Shown here in pieces: positions 37,018-44,522 of a stretch of 46,566 nucleotides of DNA. Position numbers and translations under genes: made by a program. The notes beneath the pieces were generated by a model that was not told the DNA's origin, did no database searches, and worked only from the letters and a program-made list of their open reading frames with translations. This stretch comes from a virus: the IMG/VR virus record IMGVR_UViG_3300011445_000031, positions 1-46,566 of that record; one strand, given 5' to 3'. The first letter of the stretch is position 1; every line of letters starts with the position of its first letter.

Positions 37018-37049
37018 AAAAAAAAGTGACCGGGGGGATATCCGATCAC
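37018..37049 (-). terminator. Strong intrinsic terminator ending the leftward early units
   Basis: The - strand RNA reads GUGAUCGG-AUAUCCCC-CCGGUCAC (8-bp stem including one G.U pair) followed by U8 (37025-37018). It lies 10 nt after the stop at 37059. Confidence 0.8.
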
Positions 37050-37058
37050 TTGTTAGAT

Positions 37059-37283
37059 TTAGATCAATTCTATTTGTCTTGCTAGTTCTCGGAGTGTCTT
37101 AGCAACTGTCTTAGACTTGATACCGCGACGGATTGCTAGTAAGAGTATGGGCCAGATACGGTTAGCTAGAATAACTGGGTTCATACTAGACGGCTCACAT
37201 ATTCGAGTGCAGTAACAAACAGCGTAAGAATCATTGACACGGTAACTACGATTAGTGCTATCAGTTTGCTTATCATTTTCCAT
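37059..37283 (-). CDS. Questionable 74-codon ORF inside a promoter-terminator-bounded ~285-nt unit (micro-protein or ncRNA)
   Basis: The ORF fills the unit, but GGAG is only 1 nt from the ATG, which is poor spacing. It has a hydrophobic middle (VILANRIWPILLLAI) and a basic C-terminus. Confidence 0.35.
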   Translation of the reverse strand: MENDKQTDSTNRSYRVNDSYAVCYCTRICEPSSMNPVILANRIWPILLLAIRRGIKSKTVAKTLRELARQIELI

Positions 37284-37308
37284 TCTCCATTATCAATGTT
37301 GCAACTAC

Positions 37309-37337
37309 ATTATAACATATCGTTTAATACTTGTCAA
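37309..37337 (-). promoter_or_regulatory. Perfect-consensus sigma70 promoter (leftward)
   Basis: On the - strand: TTGACA (37337-37332), a 17-nt spacer, then TATAAT (37314-37309). Confidence 0.75.
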
Positions 37338-37349
37338 GTCTTTTTATTG

Positions 37350-37382
37350 CTGGCGCCTAATCCTTTTGAGACTAAGCGCCAG
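37350..37382. other. GC-rich hairpin between the 224-aa gene and the next promoter (processing site or weak terminator)
   Basis: CTGGCGC (37350-37356) pairs with GCGCCAG (37376-37382), plus 2 further bp. No U-tract follows on either strand. Confidence 0.35.
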
Positions 37383-37405
37383 TATATAACAAGACTAGTT
37401 TATAA

Positions 37406-38080
37406 CTAGCTCATATCTTCAAGTGTCTTAGCACGACTACCGAGTGCATCAACGGCTTTTTCAATCGTGCGACTGTAGCGCAATTTATCAGTTTCATTCA
37501 GTCCAGGCACCCATTGCTTCAAGTGCCCTTCTAGCGCGTCAGCGAATTGATCTTTGCAGGTCTGGATGCTGCTACCATCTACAAAGAGATCAGCCAACAG
37601 TTTAACAACTACATCCGTTTTATTCTTAGCCTTGAGATATGCAGCGAATGAAGCTTTCGCAAGGTGACGCGCTTTCAGTGCTTCCCCGCTACGCTCACCA
37701 ACAGCGACCAGTTCCTCAAAGTTCTCAGGAAACTTCATTCCATCTTTCAGGTTAGAACCATCAACCTTATTCCTGTTCTGTGCCTTGCAAGCTTGAACAA
37801 TCGCAAATTGCAACCAGTCAAGTTTTTCATCTTCAAAGCACAGAATACCATCCTCATCTTTTCCATTCTCATCTATCCCTTCATCTTTGTTAGCGGGTTT
37901 CAATTTACCCGTCAGTCCAAAGTCCATGATAGACGGATACGGCATTGGCAATTCCGCAATTTTCTGATACTTGTTCTTGCCAGTTACCTTATCCTCAATC
38001 GTTTCATTGATAACAAACTTGAGCACGTTACTGAAAGCTTTTGCTACGGCTTGTGCTACTGCTGTTTGTGCTTCACTCAT
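37406..38080 (-). CDS. Leftward early orphan protein (224 aa, acidic central region)
   Basis: Good SD (AAGGAAatacaATG) and its own consensus promoter. I recognised no motif. The acidic stretch is DEGIDENGKDEDGILCFEDEKLDW. Confidence 0.7.
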   Translation of the reverse strand: MSEAQTAVAQAVAKAFSNVLKFVINETIEDKVTGKNKYQKIAELPMPYPSIMDFGLTGKLKPANKDEGIDENGKDEDGILCFEDEKLDWLQFAIVQACKAQNRNKVDGSNLKDGMKFPENFEELVAVGERSGEALKARHLAKASFAAYLKAKNKTDVVVKLLADLFVDGSSIQTCKDQFADALEGHLKQWVPGLNETDKLRYSRTIEKAVDALGSRAKTLEDMS

Positions 38081-38156
38081 TGTATTTCCTTTATCAGTTG
38101 TGCGAGATTAGGTTGTGTAACCGGGCAGTATCCCGCTTTCCCGACCGTTAAAAATC

Positions 38157-38185
38157 ATTATACAGGAAACAATAAACCATGTCAA
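38157..38185 (-). promoter_or_regulatory. Perfect-consensus sigma70 promoter (leftward early)
   Basis: On the - strand: TTGACA (38185-38180), a 17-nt spacer, then TATAAT (38162-38157). This is ~75 nt upstream of the ATG at 38080. Confidence 0.75.
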
Positions 38186-38214
38186 CCTTTATTATCGGGT
38201 TGATCTGCGAATGG

Positions 38215-38588
38215 CCGAATACCCCAAATGGCCGAATCCGTCACGGCTACCCTTCCCCGACACACGGACTGGTAAAATCTCTATTCATTGTCTCCCATGC
38301 TCTATTCATATGTAGATGGGCAAGGTATAAGCCTGTATGTGTAGTCTAGTGTGTATATGTAGATTACTATATCACAATAGATAGAGGGTATATCAGGTTA
38401 TAAAAAAACGATTACCCCTTAAATATAAGAGAGGCAGAGGGAAGCATGTGCTGTTATTAGTAGATACAGGCTTATGTATAGGATACACAATAGATCATGG
38501 GAGGGAATAAGTAGAGATTTATAAATCCGTGTGGCATGGATACCCTAGACCCCCGGTGTTTTCCCATTTGGCGGGTTTTCCTATTCGG
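38215..38588. repeat. ~375-bp imperfect palindrome with iteron-like repeats and an A7 centre (candidate origin or regulatory hub)
   Basis: Mirrored blocks: CCGAATA / TATTCGG (38215 / 38582), CCAAATGG / CCATTTGG, CACACGGA / TCCGTGTG, AAATCTCTA / TAGAGATTT, CTCCCATG / CATGGGAG (38292 / 38496), and ATAAGCCTGTAT / ATACAGGCTTAT (38327 / 38464). The centre is near 38401, next to the A7 run at 38402-38408. Confidence 0.8.
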
Positions 38589-38599
38589 AGCGCCCATCC

Positions 38600-38644
38600 T
38601 ATTCTATTCTAGTGGAGAATAGCTATTGTAATGAGAATAGAATA
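38600..38644. repeat. 45-bp palindromic element upstream of the rightward early promoter
   Basis: TATTCTATTCT (38600-38610) and AGAATAGAATA (38634-38644) are perfect 11-bp arms. They are concentric with the 10-bp palindrome AATAGCTATT (38618-38627). Confidence 0.8.
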
Positions 38645-38672
38645 ACACAGTGGCGCATAGTGAAAATTGTTC

Positions 38673-38702
38673 TTGACAGTCCGGGCCGGACTATGAGATA
38701 AT
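38673..38702 (+). promoter_or_regulatory. Sigma70-type promoter (extended -10) for the rightward early operon, with a palindrome in the spacer
   Basis: TTGACA (38673-38678), an 18-nt spacer, then TGaGATAAT (-10 at 38697-38702). The spacer contains the perfect palindrome GTCCGGgCCGGAC (38679-38691). The 5' hairpin CGCACT-AAAAA-AGTGCG (38709-38725) sits at the predicted transcript start. Confidence 0.65.
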
Positions 38703-38791
38703 CCGAAACGCACTAAAAAAGTGCGCTTACAAAATGGTGCAGCGCAACATAGACAATAGGATGCACAAGCAAGAATAAAGGATAAGAGACA

Positions 38792-39199
38792 ATGAAAAGG
38801 ATTAATAAAGTAAATGATGAATATAGCTTTATGCTAACTGAAACAGGCAAGCTATATGATGCACGTATTAAAGGTTATATGGATAATCTGATAACTGCTA
38901 AGTGGCAGTTTATAGCCGTTGAGCAACAAAGAGGCGTATGTTATTACGGGCACAAGGTAATAACAATCCCTATGTATGCAATACGCAAGGGAATAGATCA
39001 TACCACGTATTATCTAGCGCATGAAATGGCCCATGCTTATGCAGGATATAAAGCAAATCATGGGCCGTTATTCATGGAATGGCTTGCTAAAATATGCCCG
39101 ATAGAATGGCAATACATGGAATATGAATACAAGCCACGTCATGCGGCAAATGCAGGATTAGCAATATCAAATGAAATGTTAATGAGATATAAAGGATAA
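38792..39199 (+). CDS. SprT-like zinc metalloprotease
   Basis: YYLAHEMAHAYAGYKANHGPLFMEW contains HExxH plus the downstream HG..F/W that is typical of SprT-like domains. It is the first gene of the rightward operon and has an SD (TAAAGGATAA). Confidence 0.65.
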   Translation: MKRINKVNDEYSFMLTETGKLYDARIKGYMDNLITAKWQFIAVEQQRGVCYYGHKVITIPMYAIRKGIDHTTYYLAHEMAHAYAGYKANHGPLFMEWLAKICPIEWQYMEYEYKPRHAANAGLAISNEMLMRYKG

Positions 39200-39205
39200 T
39201 AGACA

Positions 39206-39376
39206 ATGGATACTGAATACTACACACAATACTATATTCGCTATCAATGGATAACTGCTAAAGAATCCGTTGAAATGGCCGGTAAATTTACATTAACTAG
39301 CTGGATTAAGTTTAAAGCAAAAGCATTATTAAAGAATGTAAAGATAATTGAACTTGAGCGTAAAGAAGCTAAATAA
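39206..39376 (+). CDS. Small hypothetical protein (56 aa), not in the ORF track
   Basis: ATG 39206 is preceded by the same RBS context (TATAAAGGATAAtagacaATG) as the flanking genes. The ORF fills an otherwise empty 197-nt gap and translates as MDTEYYTQYYIRYQWITAKESVEMAGKF... Confidence 0.5.
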   Translation: MDTEYYTQYYIRYQWITAKESVEMAGKFTLTSWIKFKAKALLKNVKIIELERKEAK

Positions 39377-39396
39377 CATATAAAGGATAACTTAAA

Positions 39397-40617
39397 ATGG
39401 ATAAGATACAAGAACTAAAGTATCGCTTTGCTAGTGATACAAGTTATAGATTCGCAGATATGCCAATCAATGATATAGAACAATTCATTGATGATTTTAA
39501 CTATACAGGCATTAACGCAACTATAACGCAATCAAAGTATGCTAAACGCGCAGGATTAACACAACTGAAAACGATAATGCCAATTATAGAACATATAATC
39601 GCGCCAATAGAAAAAGCCTTTTATGATTCAGTATGCGGTATCTATAGTCCTATTCCTCATTCAGATACAATAAAGCCTGAACAATACCGCAGGATTCAAT
39701 CAGATCAACCGATACCATTTACTAAAACTATACAACATAATAACCATAGAACAAAAGAAAACATACTACATCTCGGCACATATACACGCTGCATTTGTGC
39801 GGAGACTGGTATATCTTTTGCTGTAGCGTTACCGAATCCGCTTCATATTACCTTTACACTCTTACACCCATTTGCATTTTATCCTAACGTAATAGCAGAG
39901 ATAAAAGAGTGTCAGAAAACAGGCTATCCAGTTTCATCATTTGATAGTCAAGCTTTAGCAGGGATGTTAATAACAATACTAAAGCATAAAGGTTATGCTG
40001 TTTGCCGTGATTATGTTGCTGCTAATGCGCGCCTTAGACAAGTTAATCGCAAGTCTCTAACATGGGCATTATCTTATTTTCATAAGGCTACAATGCGCCA
40101 GAATTTGCCACAGATTAACTTACTTGCTGATGGTAATCCTACAACGCAATTAATAGGATTCATACAGATATGTAAAGGTGAGGATTCATCCTTACAAGCG
40201 CATCATGTATTTCAAACAAAAGAAAAGAAAATAACAGCGCGTGTATTTCAGACTGAACACGCAAAAGAATCAGCGGAATTACGTAATGATATTAAATCAT
40301 GCCGTTCTATATTAGAGCGCATACAAAAAGATAATACGCATGTATCTGATACACTCTATACACAAATAGATCAACGTATTAGTAAGATAGCTGTTATGAA
40401 TGATACAGCAAAAGAAAATCTTATTGCTGATATTATTGGCGCATTTGGTGATACAGCTAACACTAAGGCACTCGCTCTTATTATACGTGCTAATGATATG
40501 ACAGCGACACAAAAAGAACTTCTATCCTTTAGCATGGAAATAGAAAAGGATTTAGAAGGATTTAAAACCAATAAGAAACCTATAAGCTTTGCTGAATTAA
40601 TGGGTAAGGTGAAATAA
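39397..40617 (+). CDS. Large early orphan protein (406 aa)
   Basis: Long ORF with the TAAAGGATAA RBS context. I recognised no motif. Confidence 0.7.
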   Translation: MDKIQELKYRFASDTSYRFADMPINDIEQFIDDFNYTGINATITQSKYAKRAGLTQLKTIMPIIEHIIAPIEKAFYDSVCGIYSPIPHSDTIKPEQYRRIQSDQPIPFTKTIQHNNHRTKENILHLGTYTRCICAETGISFAVALPNPLHITFTLLHPFAFYPNVIAEIKECQKTGYPVSSFDSQALAGMLITILKHKGYAVCRDYVAANARLRQVNRKSLTWALSYFHKATMRQNLPQINLLADGNPTTQLIGFIQICKGEDSSLQAHHVFQTKEKKITARVFQTEHAKESAELRNDIKSCRSILERIQKDNTHVSDTLYTQIDQRISKIAVMNDTAKENLIADIIGAFGDTANTKALALIIRANDMTATQKELLSFSMEIEKDLEGFKTNKKPISFAELMGKVK

Positions 40618-40925
40618 TGATTAATGATATGACGCCAAGTTTACTACGCACTGTATATGATATTAAGCCAACCTTTACAATTTATCAAGCTAATGGTAAG
40701 CGTAAAGAGGGATTGAAAAAGGCATTTGTTATTGTGCGTGATATTAAACGCACTGATGAAACAATTACATTACCTGATGGTAGTATATGGCCGTTATATA
40801 TTGAACCTAGTGAATTAGATTCATTTGTTCAATCTAGATTATATAAGCATATAATAAGCTTTCAGGTATATGATAGCGGTCATTACTTTGCTGTAGCTAG
40901 ATTGCATGTAGATAAAAACCAATGA
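40617..40925 (+). CDS. Hypothetical early protein (102 aa)
   Basis: TAATG overlap upstream and ATGA overlap downstream. Confidence 0.6.
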   Translation: MINDMTPSLLRTVYDIKPTFTIYQANGKRKEGLKKAFVIVRDIKRTDETITLPDGSIWPLYIEPSELDSFVQSRLYKHIISFQVYDSGHYFAVARLHVDKNQ

Positions 40926-41236
40926 ATCAGTCAATACCTGAAACGCCTGAACAAAAGTATAATCGTATATACAAAGAATTGTTCATGTTATTTCAGCGTG
41001 AAAACATACCTATTCATTTTGTAGCAGAGTTAGCGCAGGATTTACTTATATCTTGCGCTATCTCTGCGCATCATGGTAATCAATTGGAAGCGGGCGAGTC
41101 TTTGCGAGATCACTTTATTCCAGAGATAGCGCAGAAGATAGCAACATTGTTAAGGAATGCGTATCCTGTTGTAGCAATAACAGAACGAGATACAGTTTTA
41201 GATGCGTTTAATACTACTGATATGAAACCAAATTGA
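40922..41236 (+). CDS. Hypothetical early protein (104 aa)
   Basis: Translationally coupled ORF in the early operon. Confidence 0.6.
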   Translation: MNQSIPETPEQKYNRIYKELFMLFQRENIPIHFVAELAQDLLISCAISAHHGNQLEAGESLRDHFIPEIAQKIATLLRNAYPVVAITERDTVLDAFNTTDMKPN

Positions 41237-41251
41237 TAAGGATATAGAACA

Positions 41252-43063
41252 ATGGCATTAGATTTTAAAGAATTAATGGGTAAGAAACCTGTAGCACCTA
41301 TGCCCATTAACACAAGTAAAGATATTGTCGAAACAATAACACACAATCGCGGCATACACGAAATAGAACAAATGCTCAATGATAAGACAATTCCCTTATC
41401 TGAGCGTATACGCTTGCGTAGAGAGTTAAAAGAAAAAACAGCTAGAACAGAGATAAGCGAGCACGTTGAACATGCAGTAAAAAATCCTGAGATTGTTATA
41501 ACTGATAGCAGTAAACCTAAAGAACAATTCGCACTATCTATTATTCTAAATAAGAAACAACAGTTAGGTGTAGAATTTGCTAGAGCAGGTAAATCCTTTG
41601 TATATACAGGAAAGGCGGGAACTGGTAAAACAACAGGCACAAGAGAAATAGCCCGTGTTCTATTAGAAACTGGTTTACTTGGTGAACATCTATTCGGGCA
41701 CTATAATAAACCAATGGGAGTTATGGCTCCCTCAATAGCTTTTGTTGCATATACAAATCGTGCAACTGATAATATGCGGCGTAGTATACATAAAGACCCT
41801 ATACTAGCTGAGAGGTTACAATACAATGTCCTCACTATACACAAATTACTCGAATACACAATGGAATGGATTACCAATGCAGACGGTAAAACTATTCCCC
41901 ATTTCTATCCTAAGCGTTGCGCTACTAATCCTTTGGATATTACTCACCTTATCGTTGAGGAATCTTCAATGGTGGATATACCTTTATGGAGAGATCAACT
42001 ATTTGCGGCACTTAGACCTGGATGCGTTGTTATCTTTGTTGGTGATATTAACCAACTTCCCCCTGTCTTTGGGCCTTCTGTTCTTAATTATGCGCTCACA
42101 AAATTGCCTGTTGTGGAATTGGATGAAGTCTATAGACAAGCACTCGATTCACCGATCTTAAAGAATGCATTAGGTGTATTAGATGGTAAGTTTCCTGTTC
42201 CTGATGGTAAGGCATTTAAACTGTTTCAAACAAAACCCGGCGGACAAAGACCATCTGAACAGACAATGGCTAGTGCATGTATCAATACAATAAAACAATG
42301 GATAGAAAAAGGTGAGTATGATGTTAATACAGATATAATTCTTTCACCTTTCAATAAAGAACATTTTCCTTGTGGAACAAAAAGTCTTAACTATTTCCTA
42401 GCAACATATCTAGGTGATAAACGAGGTGCAAAAGTCCATGAAATACTTGCTGGACGTAATACATGGTATCTATCTGCTGGCGACCGTGTAATGGTTGAAA
42501 AGCAAGATGGAGTTATAAAGAGTATTAACATTAATGCATCATATATGGGTAAGACAAGTAAATCTATTCTTTATGATATAAATAGATTTGGTAAGCCTGT
42601 TGGTTCTAATAATGGCGAACATATTGACAGTGAAGAATTTAATCTTGAGGGTTATAAAGACCTTAATGTGGATGATATAGCTGATGAAGAAAAGAAAATT
42701 GCAAGTAGCCATATTGTCACAGTCGAAATGGACGATGGAAGCGTTACAAGTCTTGATAGTGCTGGCGACTTTAGCGATGCTAAGTTTTGTCTTGGCTATT
42801 GCTTATCTGTCCACAAAGCACAAGGTTCAGAATGGCGTAAAGTCGTGCTTGTTCTCCACAAGAACTTTAAAATACTCTTGTTTAGAGAACTTATATACAC
42901 AGCTATGACTAGAGCGAAAGATGAGCTAGTTATTGTTGATCTAAGTAATAGCTTACAAGGTGCTATTGAAGCACAAAGAATAAAAGGTAATAGTGTCAAA
43001 GAAAAGATTGAATGGTTTAATAGTAAGCTTGCACTTACGGAAGATGTGCAGGTTGTCAAATGA
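41252..43063 (+). CDS. SF1B helicase (RecD/Dda-like)
   Basis: Motif I is YTGKAGTGKTT, motif II is LIVEESSMVD, motif III is FVGDINQLPPV. Motifs V/VI are LSVHKAQGSEW and YTAMTRAKDELVIV. Confidence 0.9.
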   Translation: MALDFKELMGKKPVAPMPINTSKDIVETITHNRGIHEIEQMLNDKTIPLSERIRLRRELKEKTARTEISEHVEHAVKNPEIVITDSSKPKEQFALSIILNKKQQLGVEFARAGKSFVYTGKAGTGKTTGTREIARVLLETGLLGEHLFGHYNKPMGVMAPSIAFVAYTNRATDNMRRSIHKDPILAERLQYNVLTIHKLLEYTMEWITNADGKTIPHFYPKRCATNPLDITHLIVEESSMVDIPLWRDQLFAALRPGCVVIFVGDINQLPPVFGPSVLNYALTKLPVVELDEVYRQALDSPILKNALGVLDGKFPVPDGKAFKLFQTKPGGQRPSEQTMASACINTIKQWIEKGEYDVNTDIILSPFNKEHFPCGTKSLNYFLATYLGDKRGAKVHEILAGRNTWYLSAGDRVMVEKQDGVIKSININASYMGKTSKSILYDINRFGKPVGSNNGEHIDSEEFNLEGYKDLNVDDIADEEKKIASSHIVTVEMDDGSVTSLDSAGDFSDAKFCLGYCLSVHKAQGSEWRKVVLVLHKNFKILLFRELIYTAMTRAKDELVIVDLSNSLQGAIEAQRIKGNSVKEKIEWFNSKLALTEDVQVVK

Positions 43064-43266
43064 GTCCAATGTTAACAAAGCATACAGTCCCATTTGCGGC
43101 CTGTAAACAATGTGAATTCTATGTAGATGGTATTGTGTGGAAAGCTTGCAGGCATGATCTAAGTAGATATAAAGATGGAACAGTAACAGTATTACATAGC
43201 ACAAAACATATGAGAATCGCCGGTGCATGTGGTAAAGGTGCTGTTTTATTTATAAAGAAAAAATGA
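43060..43266 (+). CDS. Small Cys-containing protein (68 aa)
   Basis: ATGA overlaps on both sides. It carries CKQC plus two further Cys residues. Confidence 0.5.
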   Translation: MSPMLTKHTVPFAACKQCEFYVDGIVWKACRHDLSRYKDGTVTVLHSTKHMRIAGACGKGAVLFIKKK

Positions 43267-43643
43267 ATACCATAGAACAAGACCTTATACTTTTCTTTAA
43301 GCTTTATTTTTTAGCACATAAAGCTAATTATATAGATTATATGCAAGGCGCAAAAGTCCTTAGTAAGTGGTTTGATTTTACAAACGCGCAACTAATCGAA
43401 TTAGACAATGCACCTGTTTATTGTGGTAATTGTTTCAATGTCGTAGGCAATACAATAGGCGGAGGTTTTATTTTATCCTGTGCTAATTGTAGAAAAAGCC
43501 ATAACCTAGCATACGAGATACAAGAACTTTGTCATATAACAGGACTTAATTGGTATCTTTGCACATATCTTATGATACGAGCTATCGAAGATATGTGTAA
43601 AAGTAACAATGTCAGTGTTTTTAAAAACATTCTTTACCGATAA
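43263..43643 (+). CDS. Zinc-ribbon protein (126 aa)
   Basis: CGNC-x17-CANC is a four-cysteine ribbon motif. Confidence 0.55.
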   Translation: MNTIEQDLILFFKLYFLAHKANYIDYMQGAKVLSKWFDFTNAQLIELDNAPVYCGNCFNVVGNTIGGGFILSCANCRKSHNLAYEIQELCHITGLNWYLCTYLMIRAIEDMCKSNNVSVFKNILYR

Positions 43644-43661
43644 AGGAGCTAATGAAACATC

Positions 43662-43973
43662 ATGTCTGAGCAAGTAGAAGCGCGAGAACTAACTTTCGCG
43701 CAGCTATATGAAAAATTAATTATATTTGAAGATATATTCCTAGATCATTTACCAGAAGAACAGTATGCAATGTTAAGGAAAGGTTTATCTAGTTACAAGA
43801 CAAAGAATAATGAAAAGCTTAAAAGAAATGATATGCCTACAGAAGATCGGATGATTAATTTTGAGATTATCGCTACATATGATACAGAAGTTGCATTAAA
43901 AGTGCGTGTTTGGTTTAATAATCCAACAAAGATTGCAGCTAAGATTATTCCTGCTGATGGAGAACTTAAATGA
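43662..43973 (+). CDS. Hypothetical early protein (103 aa)
   Basis: ORF with SD (TAAAGGAG) and an ATGA overlap downstream. Confidence 0.6.
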   Translation: MSEQVEARELTFAQLYEKLIIFEDIFLDHLPEEQYAMLRKGLSSYKTKNNEKLKRNDMPTEDRMINFEIIATYDTEVALKVRVWFNNPTKIAAKIIPADGELK

Positions 43974-44200
43974 ATACTGAGAATGATAATGTTGATTTGG
44001 GTGTTTTAATAGATAAATACGCAAGAGATATACAAAAAGCAGTATTGACAGCACAGACAGCACCAGAATATCACAATATGGATGTTAATCAACAAATGAA
44101 ATTTATTCATCATCATATCTGTGTTGAACTTTGTCATTTTGGTTCATACATGGTAGATAGAACAGCAGGTAGAATATCAAAGGTATTAAAACATGGATGA
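43970..44200 (+). CDS. Hypothetical early protein (76 aa)
   Basis: Translationally coupled ORF. Confidence 0.55.
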   Translation: MNTENDNVDLGVLIDKYARDIQKAVLTAQTAPEYHNMDVNQQMKFIHHHICVELCHFGSYMVDRTAGRISKVLKHG

Positions 44201-44522
44201 ACTCATTGAAGTAGCAATACCAGAGACTAATAATCTAACAATAGATCAGTTACGTGGACTGATTGAAAAGCTTGAAACAACTGAAGATGGTGAACCATTA
44301 CGAAACGCAATGACGGAACTTAAGGTTGCTCTTAAGCAGAATCCGGCTGCCTGTTCATTAATGCTTGAAGATGATATTGGTCTGTGTGTAAAACATCTGA
44401 AACGTATGGTTAATAAGGATATACTAGCAGACTTAACAGATAAGACAGGTAAACCTAAGACAGCTAAAGTTGTTCTCACACAAGAAGTATTAGACAATCT
44501 TACAATGGATGATCTAGCGTGA
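44193..44522 (+). CDS. Hypothetical acidic early protein (109 aa)
   Basis: ORF overlapping both neighbours. Confidence 0.55.
   Translation: MDELIEVAIPETNNLTIDQLRGLIEKLETTEDGEPLRNAMTELKVALKQNPAACSLMLEDDIGLCVKHLKRMVNKDILADLTDKTGKPKTAKVVLTQEVLDNLTMDDLA

Noticed and set aside
37664-38203. 179-aa + ORF antisense to the 224-aa early gene
   Set aside because: It runs through the leftward consensus promoter and leader and has no promoter or RBS of its own. The - strand ORF has both.
38211-38315. 34-codon ORF (MAEYPKWPNPSR...) in the left arm of the palindrome
   Set aside because: There is no Shine-Dalgarno sequence, and it lies upstream of both divergent promoters. The mirrored right arm does not preserve an ORF.
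38590-38656. tRNA-like outline (GCGCC...GGCGC closing a ~65-nt segment)
   Set aside because: The closing stem is only 5 bp, there is no T-loop (GTTCRANNC) or D-loop consensus, and no cloverleaf can be drawn. It is better explained as the 45-bp palindromic protein-binding element.
41110-41640. 176-aa - strand ORF overlapping the 104-aa gene and the start of the helicase gene
   Set aside because: It is antisense to genes with clear motifs (Walker A of the helicase). It has no RBS and a hydrophobic, junk-like sequence.
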